A stretch of 63,266 nt of DNA, counting the filler, from Octopus bimaculoides (taxonomy: Eukaryota): NCBI RefSeq assembly GCF_001194135.2. It is 7 parts of 7 records of this genome, joined end to end, with 100 filler letters (N's around TTAATTAATTAA, not from the genome) between each part and the next. Parts side by side here need not be neighbours in the genome. Positions count along the whole stretch, not along the records: positions 22,309 to 39,007 come from NC_068982.1; positions 39,108 to 46,344 come from NC_068994.1; 5 more parts are not named here. The stretch is one strand, 5' to 3'. Below, in pieces: positions 25,500 to 39,639 of this stretch. Below the pieces are notes generated by a model that was not told the origin of the DNA, did no database searches, and saw only the letters and a program-made list of their open reading frames with translations. A program made the translations under genes and the position numbers. Positions within the stretch are counted from its first letter, which is position 1. The number at the start of each line of letters is the position of its first letter.

Positions 25500-27464
25500 G
25501 CAAAATGAAGCAACAATATTTAAATAACTAGAATAGACAACGCAATCGTTTAGCTGATAGAGTCGATCACATCATTTGCTAATCTCTCTTTTCCGAAAGT
25601 CTAATGATCCAAAGATATGATCAAGTGGGCAGCTATATCAACTGGGTAATAAGCTGACGCTTCCATTTCAAAACTGAGCTGAGATATTCACATGTTACAA
25701 ATAGGTTACATGAAGTATTTGGGACATACCCAACGAAAAAAGAAATCATATCTAGAGAAAGTCTATCTATAATAATAAAGTTCAAGAACTTGAAAGGAAA
25801 CCATAAATCTATTAAATTACAAGGATCTTGAAAGGGAAATATGCTTCATGCGTGATTGTGAAAAAAGAAAAGACCAACATCAATAATAATTGGAGTACTA
25901 AGTGTTATGAAGAACTAAAACAAAATACGCAAAACACTGATAATCAATGAAAATAATAGCAATCTAAGAAAAGAAAAAACAAAGGCGCTCTGCATGTCAA
26001 GGTCTGACAATATAGGAATAGGCATAAAGCGTCTAACGAGAATATATGTCTAATGTACATGAGTTAACTCCAATTGAGAGAAAAGCAGGCTATCGCTGTA
26101 TACTCATATATCTGGAAAGAAAATTAACTTAATCTAAAATTAACTCTGATCTCCAAATGTCAGCTTATTGAAGAATACACGTGCCTGGACAAAAACGATA
26201 TTAAATATCAGAAAGAAAGACACTAACGCAAGAAGTACAAAAGTGAATAGAACATGCGAAGGAAGAATGTATGTTGAAAATGGGAAAAATGAATAAAAGT
26301 AAACAAATATATTCAAAATGGAAATAAAATAATCAATAAAATTGTTAAAGAATAAATATTGAAATATAATTCTGGAAGATAGACGTAGCGTAAGCAAAAG
26401 ATACACATGAAAAAAAAAAAACCCCACAAATATAGATACTGGCATCTCTAGAGAAACATCTAGCAACAAAAGCGGATGTAGGTATAAATACAATTAAATA
26501 CGAGACAGATCTGAAGCTAGAAAGATCTAAAGTTGGAAATTTTGAATATGACAATAATCTAAAGATGGAAATATTAAAGAATTAACATCGATAGATCTTC
26601 TTATGAACAAACGGAAAAAACCCCGAAGAAGAATCTGAATGATAATATAGGAACAACAATAAACATGCCAACAGATGTTAATAACAATACTGGAATAAAC
26701 AAACTGTTCAACGTACATACAGCAGCTACAGTAGTCTGTTAACATTTATTATATAAGAATCTATAAACCCCTGCAAACTCCGTGGAAAAACAATATTCAG
26801 AGAAAGATATGATATCGGCAAGGAAAATACATTAATCAAGATAAACATACTACAATAATAGGAATTACCCGAAACCAAATGACGTCTTAAGATATGAGAA
26901 CTATCTAAACCATAAAAAAAACACAGAACTTTATTAAAACCAACAAGGCATTCAAAAAAAGAAAAAAAAAAAAGAAGGCAAATAGTCATTAGAAGCCAGT
27001 TGAAAATAGTGAAATGTCAATAACAAAAGTAGAATACTTTTGAGGAAGGGAAAATACATTAGATTCTTATACAAAATTGTAAAAAAAGACAAGGAATGAA
27101 GTTCGACACCAGAACACTGTAAAAGGAAAAGAAATAATAGAAAATACATACAGCTTGAAAGCTCCTAGAAACGGAAAGAAAATATGTCAAGTATATGCCT
27201 AATATCCCAAATGACTGCAGACAAGTCATTTGCAAATGTATTAAATGATTTACAGTCAAAATTAAAGTAGAAAAGTCGTCTAATTGAAACATCAAACTGC
27301 ACAATAGAGAGGATTTAAGAGACCATAACTACCATTATATGTGCAGTCGTGGCCGTGTGGTAAGAAGCTTGGGCAAGTGTGTCTCCCACTATAACCTCGG
27401 GCCTACCAAAACCTTGTGAATGGATCTAATGGACGGCAAATGAAAAAAGCCTGTCCTATATATA

Positions 27465-27513
<49 letters not shown>

Positions 27514-28040
27514 GTATATATCTATGTGTGTGTGTATCTTCGTGTCTGTGTTTGTCTCTCCGTCACAGCTGTTATCACAGCTTGATAACCAGTGTTGTGT
27601 TTACATCTCCGTAACTGAGCGGTTAGGCAAAAATAAATTGATAGAATAAGTACTAGGCTTAAATAATGTCCTGGGTCGAACTGTTCGGCTAAAACCGTTC
27701 AAGGTGGTGCTCCAGCATGGCAGCAGTCAACTGACTGAAACAATTAAAAGAATACAAGAATGAAAACATTTCTTTCAAGCGCTCAAAATTTTTACTTCAA
27801 TCATCGCACTGAAATTTGCTCTCCCAGAAAGGAAAATATTCAAAAAAGAAAGAGAAGATGAATGTCACAAATATTTTGTACACGATATTAGAGCTGCCAT
27901 AACCAAAATTGATCTCTAGCACGCTTCAAATAACGAATGTCCCATAGAATTCTATTTCTAATAGTTACTTAAGGAAGAAAGGCGAGAAATAGCAATAACC
28001 TTTTCAGAACACGGAAGCTGCTTTAATACAAACGATTAGT
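25500..28040 (+). mobile_element. Ancient L1/Tx1-like LINE relic, interrupted by a SINE at 27341-27762
   Basis: A-rich plus strand; GSYINW (25628), MKYLG (25710) and HRIL..SNSYL (27943) in the expected order. Confidence 0.45.
27341..27762 (+). mobile_element. SINE family A copy (diverged)
   Basis: Same head, body and tail motifs. Confidence 0.85.
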
Positions 28041-30060
28041 ATAGCTTCAATTGATATTTAGTATAATACAACCACAAGGATTTAGAATCAATGTTTCTTC
28101 TGTGTGTAGAGAAGTTTTTAAACGCTTCAATATTTTATACATCTCAACACTAGGTCACATTGCAACCCTGCAACATTTGCCTTTATCAAAAACTCCGCTG
28201 TGTGAGTCTACGATGGGGTTTAGACATATTTTACTTTAAGTGATTTTTCTGAGATCCTATATCTTCATTTTCTTACATTGGCAAGTGTTGCGTTCGTTCT
28301 TGGAATCTGACGATATATTTTACTGTTAATTTTGCTAATCATGCGGCTACTTTAGATGGCAACAAATTTGCTAGCGTTGCTGCTTGAGCTTGCAGCAGAA
28401 TTGGTGGGTCTTTCTCGTTATCTACTCATGAAATAGGTGTGATTAGTAGTTGTGTTGGAGGCAATGTTTGTCTGTGGTACGAATGCTAGTGATTGAGAAA
28501 TTACTGGCGGTGTTCTTGTTCATTTCAGGCTTTTGATGCTCATGATCTTTGTCAAAGTGCTATTGTTTCCTTTTGGAGTATAGTTGTTATAATCCCTATT
28601 ATTTTTACTGTACCCTGTCACAGTGGTGCTAGTGATGTTACATCTTGAACTTTGGTCATCCAAATGCGGTGAGTCTCTATTAATGTGAATGAGTGAATTA
28701 GGGGACATTTTGAATAACAAAATCCATTTTCATTTCAGAATTACCTCTCTCTCAGTCTCCCCCCATCCCGTTGACTAGTTGTCAAAATTACGTAATTCTT
28801 TAGAACTAGATTCAAATTATTATTTTTTCCAAAAGAATATTTTACAAATTATTTTTTCAAATTTTATATGTAAGATACAAGGAACGAACTAGCAGTTCAA
28901 TCTTTCAAGAACCGGATCTAGGTTGCCCTTAATCAAATGTATAACAAAAATAGATTTACACAGATAATATTTTAAAAGGCAACAGTTATTATTTAAAATT
29001 AAAGGACAGAAGAAGAACTCGCCTTAGAAGGTGAAAGTATAACAGTCCTTACTATTTCATGATGCTAAGCATTTTGTTCTACATACTAACGATTCTGCCG
29101 ACATTACCGACGATAGCTGATAGACATTTGCAATAGATACACCGTATGAATATCCCTGTTTTTACAACATTGACGACAGTCCTACGGAGGCTGATACATT
29201 CTGTGCCCTGTTAAATAGGGGAATTTTTGGATACTTGAACTGAGCACAAACACATAGAAATGTTGATTGTATACCTTTGGTCTTGAATCCCCAAATAATT
29301 CTAATCATGCTTGATATATTTGAATATTATGAGCTAAAACTGAAGAATTAACCCAGAAAGTCTTCTAGCATTCAAAATCAACTACATAGATAAAACTGCA
29401 GTACCTGAAACAGTTTGTATGGTATGGAAAATATTAATATAGTTAATCTGAACTACGCCCTTAATCTCACGAGCTTTCGGAAATCCTCTGTGATTATATG
29501 TTCATAGGCTTAGTAGTTTTTAAGAGGAGAGCATTCCCAATGATAGAGATATCAATTGTGCTTGTCGATGGCTGATAGAATCGTTTGAATACTAAATAAA
29601 AATGCGGTATGGTATATATTTGATTTACATCTTTTTACTGAGTTCAGTTCCTGTCTAGGTTGCGTGAAAAATAATTACTGGTCAATCCACAATAAGAGAA
29701 AAATAAAATGAAATTGATGACGAGTGAGAGGCTCTCTTTCTATACTATCATCTCAAAGTCATATTTGATAAAGCACTCCAAACATCAAAGACATTTCATC
29801 CCTCATATGATTTGACTAAGGTAGCTAGGTCTTCATTATCCAATATAACTCCTGCTATTGTTTTTAAACGAGGCGGTGTGATTAGAGGGAAATCGGCTGT
29901 TATTTCAAACGAGTGGAACGACTACATAAATTCTCCTTAATTTGAAGCATTTTCCTATCTATTGTTTAGTGGAGCGGATTACTCAAATTATAGGCACACT
30001 TTCAATGAAACGTCATTAACTTTTGCCGACATTATTTATCCTTATATGAAACATGTGTAG

Positions 30061-30277
30061 GGTGGCGAGCTGGCAGAACCGTTAGTACTCCGGACAAGTA
30101 TCGTAGCAGCATTTTATCTGTCTTTACGTTTTGACTTCGTATTCCACCGAGGTCGACATTGCCTTTCATCCTTTTGGGGCCACTAAACTAAGTACCAGTT
30201 GAGCACTGGGGGTTGATCTCATCGATTTCACCCTCCCCTCAAAAACTACTGGCTCTGAGCTAGATTTTGAAACCGTT
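30061..30277 (+). mobile_element. tRNA-derived SINE family C (Deu/Nin-like central domain)
   Basis: ggcgagctggcagaa head; gaggtcgac.ttgcctttcatcc...aagtaccagttg. Other copies at 62070-62260, 17845-18015, 63032-63090 and (minus) 21050-21222, 5660-5765. Confidence 0.8.
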
Positions 30278-31780
30278 ATTTGTAATGTATCTGGGTCCTA
30301 AATTTATCTCAGTAGTAGAGAAAATCAGAATACACACACTCAATTATCCGACTATATGATATGATTCACAGACTGGGATTTTATTTAGACATTTATCTAA
30401 GCATTAAAGAAATAAGTGAACATCTCATAACTTAATGCATGGCATGTTAGAAATAGAACCAAATTTCTCTCATATCAGATTATTGAATAATGTACTTCTT
30501 GATACGACAAAAGAGATGAGTTGAAAATCGATGGAATGCATTTATCATAGGTTACTCAAATCAGAAATGCCCAGTTGTGAAATAAACACAATAACCATCG
30601 TATTTTTCATCAGGTTCCACATTCTCCAAATTACCGAACACCTATTTAGGCGATAGGGTGTGATTTGAGCGATGGGTTTCATTGTTTGCTCGCAGGAACT
30701 TCCATTATTTATTTACAGAAAGGTGGTGAGCTGGCAGAATACTTAACGTGGTAAAAAGCGCATTGCGGAATTTGATCCACCGCTTTATATTCTGAATTCA
30801 AATATTGCTGGTGTCAACATTACCAGAAACTATTTGTATTCAGACAAGCTAACAAAGGGCCCTCTATGCCAACTCGACTTGCTAGATTTATCAGCCAAAT
30901 TTTTTCTCTGGAACCACACCCAATCATCTTAACATAAAAGAAAATATTGTCAATTACATCCTCCCCACCTTCCGCTCAAAAAAACTTAGAACGTAATATA
31001 GAAAGTAATATGCAAAATAATCATTTTCTTGGTGGGGGTGAGTTGGGGATCATAAAATATGCTCAAATACTGTATAAATGGCATCAAATACATGCTTCCT
31101 TAAAATTACTGGCCTCATGCCAAAATCAGAAAACTTTATTTTGCCAAGGAAAGGTAACGGAATGGCAGAAAAATAACTAAGAGTACTGGAAAAAATGTTT
31201 CGCATTACTTGTTCCGGATTTTAAGTATCTGAGTTCAAATCCTGCATAGATCAACTGTGATTTTCTTCATTCTAGGATAGATTAAATATTTTGTCAGAGA
31301 AATACCCCGGTCGATTTGAATTTCAGAACTTATTACTAAATCAGAACCAATTACATGTTTAATGAATACAAGACACACTTGAATAATTAATGTCTAAATG
31401 AACTAAAATAATATAAATACACATAGATAAACATCCACATAGATAAACATTCGTACAAACACACGCGCACGCACATGCACACACCCACACACGCACCGAG
31501 TGCACACACTACGTGCACCCATTCACATGCACTCACATATATGCACACATTTTCCGAGGTAATCGAGTAAGAGAGAAGCGGATGAACTTGGAAAATATAT
31601 AAAAAAGAAAAGAAATTAAAGAGAAGAGAATGAAAAAGAACGGAAGAAAAATATAAATAGTGAAATGCGAAAAAAGTAGAATGAGAGAAAGACAGAGAAT
31701 AGAGGGGAGACGCCAAGTTATTGCTAAACAAAGGAATAAGTATACGACCGAACACGGATTTGAGCGGAATTTAAGAATGT

Positions 31781-31893
31781 AGTGACGTCACTCTCTGCAT
31801 TGGGCCGCTCATATCCTCTTCAGCTCGCATTTATCTTTGATTGGCTAAAGTTAGAGAGTGAGATAGAGGTAAAACGGATGTGGATATGCAAAT
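31781..31893. promoter_or_regulatory. Putative regulatory module 1: CRE (AGTGACGTCACT, 31781-31792), inverted CCAAT (31799, 31840), octamer ATGCAAAT (31886-31893)
   Basis: Motif matches only, in non-repetitive CpG-containing sequence. Confidence 0.35.
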
Positions 31894-32090
31894 TCACTTA
31901 ACACAGATACTACCGAGGTCAACGCTCTGTATTCTTTTGGTGCAGTGTGTCGATGGTATACGGAGTATATCATCAACTAACTGCAAATATACACAGACGT
32001 GCTTACTCGGTATTCCTATATGATTGCGTATATGTGTGTATGCGTGTATGTATATGTGTATGTGTGCATATATTCACATACATACATACA

Positions 32091-32177
<87 letters not shown>

Positions 32178-33805
32178 ATATTTGTATGTATGTGTACGTG
32201 TGTGTGTGTTTGTGTGTGTGCCTATATATACATACATGTAAATATATAGACATATTTGTATGTGTGTGTGTGTGTACGTATTTGTGTGTATGCGCGCGTG
32301 TGCATGTGAGTGTGTGTGTATGGCTGGTGTATATTTTAGTGAAAGGCGTGTTGAATCTATGGAAGAAAAAAATTTTCCTCATAAGCAGATGTGGAAAAGA
32401 TCAAAGCGTAAAGTATAAAATAAGAAGAATAATGCCATTTCTTAGGAACCAACAAAACAACAAACACATTAGAGGATACGTGGCTACATGTATAAATTCA
32501 CGATGCTAATACTGTGTATATAAGTGGGCGCGTACGAGTGTGTGTGTATGCGCGTGCGTGCTTGGGTTTGTGTACGTGTGAGTGCGTGTGTTTGTGTGAG
32601 TGCGTGTGTTTGTGTGTGTGTATTCAAATGTATGTGGGTAAATGTGAACGAATTTGAAACAAATATACAGATCTCTCCGCATATGTAGAAACTTATAAAT
32701 ATTTGCATATATTTACACGTGAGATATGTGTGTGTATGTATATGTGTGTGTGTGTGTGTATATATAGGTATGTACATAGGTAAATATATATATANNNNNN
32801 NNNNNNNNNNNNNNNNNNNNNNNNNNNNNNNNNNNNNNNNNNNNNNNNNNNNNNNNNNNNNNNNNNNNNNNNNNNNNNNNNNNNNNNNNNNNNNNNNNNN
32901 NNNNNNNNNNNNNNNNNNNNNNNNNNNNNNNNNNNTAATATATATACTTTTATATATAGTATATATATATACCTATATATATATATGCATGTACACACAC
33001 ACACACATATATATATATATACACATACATATATATATATATATATACACATACACACACACACGTATATATATATACATATTTAACGCCATATATACTA
33101 ATACACACTTACATATGACTATATACATAGTAGTACACACAAACAGACACACTCACACACACACTAACTCACATGCATACGCACGCGTAGACATGTACAC
33201 AGACAGAGACATTATCAAAAGTATATCTATACTTGCTTGAGAAATATGCATATTTATATCTAAAAACAGTTTATATAGGATAACATTACATAAATAAACA
33301 GATAACTTATAGTGTGTAGAAACTCGCACACAAAACACACGTGCGCACACACAAACACAAACATGCAACGCGCACACGCACACACATATCAATGTGTTTG
33401 TATGTGCATCTGATTGTAAGTGGGTGTGTGAAGTTTGGTATGTCTGAATAAACTTTATTCATTGCAGAATATAAACAGATATTTTACAGCCGTCATAAAC
33501 ACACAGAGATTAGGATACGCGGAGAACACCCGAACCAACACAAGAACTATTTTTCGTTGTCTCTCTATCTCACGTGTAATACTCACACCACCTTACGTAT
33601 GTAAATATATGTCCAACTCCTATGAATTCAAAGAATCATGCATCTTCCACAGAAAGCTCCTCATACGGAGTCGGCTACCAGTGTACATAGTAATCGATTA
33701 CGAGGTAGCGCGATGTTATGTAGTATAGTGCGCATGTAAATAAAAATCAAAAATATCCGAGCAATAAATTTAAGAGGTATGAACCATAAATGTACATTTA
33801 TTTAA

Positions 33806-34140
33806 CCACGTAACTTCCATAAGACTATGGTCATTTCATAACTTCCGTGTAATACTAATTTCAGAACTCCAGAGCATCGAGATTACCGTGCAACAGCTGA
33901 AATCTAAATATACAAACAATTCACTCTTTCTATGTTCAAGATATGGAAGGCCAGAATATAAGTTGTTGGTCTGATGAGCAACGTTTGTTGAATTGCTTTA
34001 ATCTGTGAATGTACAATTGTATTGTAAAACGCTGAGCATATATATTAATACTAACATGTACAGATAATTTATTGTGTGCTAAAATTAATACTAAATGAAG
34101 AGTGTTACAAAGGGGCCGTAGTCCTACGGAAGTTACGTGG
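33806..34140. mobile_element. piggyBac-like MITE (335 bp)
   Basis: About 27-bp TIRs ccacgtaacttcc(a/g)ta(a/g)gacta(t/c)gg(t/c)c with 4 mismatches; flanked by TTAA and TTCA. Confidence 0.55.
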
Positions 34141-35179
34141 TTCAATAACTTTATAATTATTTCTCATCCCTCCTGATTTTATCTATGCATAGATGTATAT
34201 ATGTGTATGTGAGTGAGTGTACTGTCTATGTATCAGAATAAGCAACAAGGATATCCAGAGGTAATGCAGCACGATCGTTCATGCAACTCCATTTAATTGA
34301 ACAATGCAATCATTACATCAATTTCAAATGTAGAGCAATCCTCAGCTGCAGAAAAACATAGAATTTAATTAAATTAAATTAAAACAGATGGACACATTAG
34401 TATAATTATACCTAAAATCTCCAAAACGTTAAGGAGATAGACAAAGAACATGCTACCTTCACTCCAGCATAGAAGCTACTTTTATCTGTCTATAGTAGCT
34501 TGTACATACATAACTTCATTTATATATAAGTGTGAGTGTGCATGTGTGTGTGTGTGTGTGTGTGTGAGTGTATGTAAATGACAATAAATGTAGGTAGGGA
34601 TGAAATTACAGCACTTTTTATACACGATAGCACATTGTATTGATTATAAACCTATAATATAGTTCGTTGTATTTTAAGGTTACAGAAAGAAATACCGTTG
34701 TCGTGCCTGCATTTAAATAAGCATCAGAATATATACACAGTAATTTTAAGAGCTCAAATCATAACAGATCTTTAAACTCCAACACGTTATTACAAAACTC
34801 CAACATATTATTACCTTACATGAACTCTATACGTAATCTACTTGGCTAAAACATACTTGGCTAAAAGAAGCTTTCAGAGCAACACATTTAGAATAAAAAG
34901 CAGAAAATATGTATTTCATATAGAGTTCATAATTTAATTGTCCTCCATAGCTGTTTCATAAACATGATTAATTCCATAACTGCGTAATGGATATTTAAAA
35001 AATAATTAATTTAAATTAATTATGTGTCTTAATCACCAAATAATAAAATTAATGATGTTAATGCTAATACAACACCTGTTGAAAATAATTAAATTATAGA
35101 ACACATATAGAGTTTATGCTTTTTTTCTACATAATATTTTTATTATAAATACATACATAGATACAAGTTTCTTTGTTCG

Positions 35180-35700
35180 GTATTGGGTTAATGATTCCTA
35201 TAGAATATATTGAGTGTTGCTTCTGCTAATCTTCTGTAAGAAACTGTCCAACTAGAATTTTACGGCTTTTTATTCATGACCATATTTCTGGTCGATATTT
35301 CAATACACTCTCTCATTTGTTGTTTCAAAGAATCGAAGTTTCAGGTTTCGAATAAATTTATATATCGATGTCATGTTATTAGATACTGATCACTGAACAA
35401 TCTCCAGGTGTGCGAAAATTATTAGCATTTCCTGCGTTTGATGGAAGGGTTCGAAATAGAGGAAAATTTCACTTCTTACAGCTTGTTAGTTTTTTCTTAG
35501 TTGATGGATTCTGTTGCAGGTAGATGAATTCAGTTTTTCAGTTTATCAAATACAGGCCAATTTTAGTAGGTACAATTTCCATCCTTGTTTCAGTGGATCA
35601 TCGCTTTCAAAAAGATCCGATTATGCCCTAGTATCTAGTCTAATAATATTCTGATCTCATTGCTAGAACGAGGATTAAGAGATAATCGTTAATGAGAGGA
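35180..35700 (-). mobile_element. Ancient RTE-related LINE relic
   Basis: IGLYLIN*KTEF (35561-35526) followed by RNLKLRFF (35350-35327). Confidence 0.5.
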
Positions 35701-36364
35701 ATAAGCACATATGATATAAGCTATATGATGGTGCATGGGGAAACCCCGTCGGATGTTGCTAAATAAACAACTGAGAAAAACGAAGTCAAAATCAAAATTC
35801 TGATGAAACAGGGCCAGAAATCATGTTTCATTCTTTAATAGAAATACTTAAACATATTTCTATAATAATAAAAAAAAAACTTGATATGGGGACATTTTTC
35901 ACCAATTGAAATACGTTAGGTATTTCTATTGAAAAAAGGTAAACTTGATTTTGTACCTGTTTCATCAGTATCTTGGCGTTGACCTCATTTTTCGCAGTTG
36001 TTTATTTAGCGAAATCCAACGTGTTTTCCCATGCGCCATCACATATCACTCGGTGGTATAGATGTTCGCCTAGGGTAGACGGTCGAGATGAACACGCCAC
36101 GTAGCCTGTTTAAAATTCATTCCACGGCATTGACATAAAACTGGAAAAATCTGCCTGCAAATATACACAAACGTGCTTACTTGAAAATATATTTCTGTGT
36201 GCGTCATAGTTGACTCGAAGTTATGCTAAAATTAATGATTTCGGGTAACGTATTTAATGAGCGGAGTTAATAAGATTAAAACAATTCATATTTAGAGTAA
36301 TGATATATAAACTCAGTTAATAGCAGGTAATACTGTTTTACATTTGCAGCATAGTTATGTAAAG

Positions 36365-36500
36365 AGTGAATGTACTCAGCTTAGTGGTTCGCGTATTCAG
36401 ATTGGTGTTGAGTTCAAATGTCGGCCACCCCGTTGTGTCCCTGAACAAGACACTTTATTTCACGTTGCTCCAGTCCACTCAGTTGGCAAAAATGCCTTCG
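36365..36500 (+). mobile_element. tRNA-derived SINE family D fragment
   Basis: A box tcagcttagtgg, B box gagttcaaat, CORE/V-like ttgtgtccctgaacaagacacttt. Confidence 0.6.
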
Positions 36501-37869
36501 CACAGAAGCTTATGCAAGTAGCGTAGCCAGGGTTTTGATTAGGTAAACGTCAGAGTCGACGATATGAATGAGCGCATGTGCGTGCATGCGTCTGTGGCTA
36601 TGTGTGTATGTGTGATTGTCTATGAATATGTGTGCGTATGTGGTATGTGTCTGTGGGATGTGTGAGTGTGGTTGTGTGTGTATGGATGTGTGAGTCAAGT
36701 TGTGTGTTTGTGTGTGTATGTCTTTGTGCATGCGTGCGTGTGTACGTGCCTCTCTGCGACTAAGTAGATGTGTATTGTGCATAGGAATTGTTCATAATTA
36801 CACGTATGCTATATATTTGTGTGCGTGCATGTGTGTGTGTGTGTGTGTGTGTGCGTGTATGTGTGTGTGTGTATGTGCGTGTGTGTGTGTACGTATATGA
36901 GTGTGTGTGTGTGAGTTTAATTCTTGATAAAGAATCTATTGATTGTTTATCCTAGACATTAAACTAAAGATTCGTTACATATTTAACCGATTAACTAACA
37001 AGAAAGAAGTGATATTGAACCAGTGCATGTATTATTATTATTATTATTATTATTATTGATGTAATGACCTCCTCAAGGCACAAAATTTGCTTCAACATAA
37101 GAATTCATACCAAGAATGTTACAAACCAAATGCAAAACGAGGTGTTTGCATATGCATGAATGCATGCATGCATGTATGTATTTATGTATGTATGTATGTA
37201 TGTATGTGTATGTATGCATGCATGTATATATTGATATACATACATAAACACATACACACATACACACATGCACGCACACACACACATCTATATATATATA
37301 TATATTGTTTGTTGAAATTCTGATAAAAAAACATAATGTGCATGAATAAAAATTACAAAATGAGAAAATTTGATCATCTAAGTTGAGCATCTGACATAAT
37401 AAAACTAAGGAGGTAAAGGAAAGACAATAAATACAATTTTCATAAATATACAATATGATAAAAAGAGAAGACTGGATATTATATATAAACTGTTCCCTCT
37501 ACAGAAGAATTTCTGTATGAAAATATCCTCTTCAGTGTCAGAACTTAATACGCTAAGAATCATTTGTCTTACTTGCATAGCAGTCAGCTAGTGAACATTC
37601 CACAAACGAGGTGCTAACCCATTAGCTCACACCTTCACAAACCACAAAACCAAACTGATCTATTTTAACATCACGCCTATCATCTCTTTCCACCAAAACC
37701 GCATTTCCTTGTTCTTTTACCGTCATGTATTTTTTTCCTTTTTAATCCGATTACTGTTATTGTTTTCCTGGATACCATTATTGATTTTGTCGTTGCTGTT
37801 CTTGGTTTTTGGAATATATACGTTTTTATAACGGTTCTTCTTTAGTACGTGGCAAAAGCGAGTTAAACA

Positions 37870-38146
37870 GTGACGTCACGTAAACGGCAAAACTAGTATT
37901 TCACTCGTGTGCTGTACACATGTTTAATATGCGTATGTACAGATTTGCATACATGCACATATGGGGAATGCTGTATGCTTTCGAAGATCGGGACTCATTT
38001 TTCGACCTGCTGATTTTCATCATATTCATGAGTATGTGGGGTAGTTAAGCTCAGAGAAGTGTTCATCTAAAATACTTCTCGTCGCTATTAAGCATTGAAC
38101 AGCATACAGATAAAGTTTGCTCTTTTGAATAAGTCATAACCAATCA
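37870..38146. promoter_or_regulatory. Putative regulatory module 2: CRE (GTGACGTCAC, 37870-37879), octamer ATTTGCAT (37943-37950), AACCAATCA (38138-38146)
   Basis: Motif matches only. Confidence 0.3.
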
Positions 38147-38536
38147 CATAGTCTTCCAGAATGTTTTAGTCAGGTAAATTTGACACTGAAAACGCAGGGC
38201 TAAAGTGACGGCATTTTTATGGACAACAGCCCAAAATAGCACAATGTGTTTTATACTGGTAGCTACGAATGAGAAGCGAACGTTTAAATCATACGCACGC
38301 GTCTGCACTCCACGTACAGATATATACATATGAAGAAGCATGTATACGCACATATACGCACACATATGTATACAGGCTTATACATTCACTCGCACACGCA
38401 CACACACACGTACACAAACATACATATACATACAAAGATAGTTAGGTCGATAGGTGTACACACATCTATACGTATATACGTATTTATGCATGCCTAAATG
38501 TATATACGTTTGTATACATACACACACACACATATG

Positions 38537-38581
<45 letters not shown>

Positions 38582-39639
38582 CATATATATATATATACAC
38601 GCAAATATATATACATATATATTAATACACACACACGCATATATTCATGTATATGTGTGTATATATGTGTGTGTGTATGCGTATGTATGTGCGTGCGTGT
38701 GTGTGTGCTTATGAACATATCCTGACGCTATCTGTACAACTAGACACACACACACACACACACGCACACACACACACCACACACACACACTCACACACAA
38801 ACGCACACACAAACTCATACATATAAATATATAAACACGTATTTATATGTATACACACATGTATATATGATGGATATATACATTAATATATTCTGCAGAG
38901 GTTGGGTTGAATATAATATTCATACAGTTCTAAAGAATGCTACGTGAATATTTGTTATCTATTGGTCGCACTTGCTTGCTTATATGATAAGCACTTTAGC
39001 AGTTAACNNNNNNNNNNNNNNNNNNNNNNNNNNNNNNNNNNNNNNNNNNNNTTAATTAATTAANNNNNNNNNNNNNNNNNNNNNNNNNNNNNNNNNNNNN
39101 NNNNNNNAGAAATTGCCTATAATTTCGATTTCTGAAGTATTGAATTTTTTAAACTCCAAATTCTCACAAATTTAAATATTCATTGCATTCACTACATTCA
39201 ATTCTTCATGAATTTAAATATTCATTGCATTCACAGCGGAGAAGATTTTAATGTTTAATAATAAGCACTATTAATTCGTTGGAGGCCACAGTTTACATTT
39301 TTATTTGCAACAGTCTCTCTCATTCTTGCTTGCCTCTATTTTCATTAATGATAATTTAATAATTGCTATATAACTTTGATACGAGGCACAATTTCCAGAA
39401 TATTATCAGTTTCCAGAGTTTGTTAAATGAATATTTTTGATAAAATGAAAAGTCTTTAATATACTGGTATAATTTTTTTTTTTAATAAAGAAGTGATTTT
39501 GTTGGTATGGCTACTTGGAATGTTATAAGCCTTACACTAACTATGTGATCTCTGCTATTTCTAGTATGCTAAACAAAATAGTTTTTAACGAGCTTTCATT
39601 TATATATAATATACGACTGAGAAAGATAAGTTAGCAGCA

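Noticed and set aside
28240-28720. Minus-strand ORF 28520-28720 and neighbours as gene or BEL/Pao protease
   Set aside because: Low-complexity S/T/N composition, many stops nearby, and motif spacing that does not fit.
33971-33995. CTGATGA motifs as hammerheads (also at 35800, 44864, 50228)
   Set aside because: They lack either the GAAA box or pairing for stems I and III.
34317-34345. 29-nt minus-strand micro-exon with a strong acceptor
   Set aside because: Weak donor (gtaatg), and it fits only if the 41208 exon used a weaker alternative donor; not supportable.
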